A DNA stretch of 63,536 bases, the filler included, from Octopus bimaculoides (lineage: Eukaryota), in the NCBI RefSeq assembly GCF_001194135.2. It is 9 parts of 8 records of this genome, joined end to end, with 100 filler letters (N's around TTAATTAATTAA, not from the genome) between each part and the next. Parts side by side here need not be neighbours in the genome. Positions count along the whole stretch, not along the records: positions 42,275 to 63,536 come from NC_068995.1; 8 more parts are not named here. One strand, given 5' to 3'. Of this stretch, positions 63,506 to 63,536 are shown one piece after another. The notes below the pieces were generated by a model. The model was not told where the DNA came from. It saw nothing but the letters and a program-made list of their open reading frames with translations, and searched no databases. A program made the translations under genes and the position numbers. Within the stretch, counting starts at the first letter, position 1. Each line of letters opens with the position of its first letter.

Positions 63506-63536
<31 letters not shown>

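Overview
This is AT-rich, microsatellite-saturated eukaryotic genomic DNA from a draft assembly. It carries about 6 kb of N, including eight 100-bp gaps with an artificial TTAATTAATTAA linker. The tRNA-SINE, RTE-tail and microsatellite content resembles octopus (coleoid cephalopod) DNA; this is inferred from repeat style, not from a database search. Host coding sequence is sparse. Three in-phase minus-strand exons (40766-40635, 39497-39417, 36801-36729) splice into a NO VEIN/sacsin-like peptide, and two unidentified plus-strand exons lie at 8621-8948 and about 22655-22989. Most of the rest is transposon debris: maT (DD37D), mariner, pogo, hAT and piggyBac-type elements and MITEs; a Mag-type Gypsy element lacking RT/RNase H plus a second LTR remnant; RTE, L2/I-like and R4/Dong LINE fragments; Penelope GIY-YIG fragments; Helitron-like elements; several SINE families; and three ~200-bp fold-backs. 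The most notable hidden signal is a set of minimal type I hammerhead-ribozyme motifs in four unrelated repeats (10.1, 32.1, 47.8/47.9 and 62.2 kb). One sits in an inverted repeat whose second arm stops exactly at the predicted cleavage site, and one sits in a 446-bp tandem unit with a 5' fold-back. All have an extra nucleotide just before the GAAA core. Ribozyme activity is predicted from sequence only.
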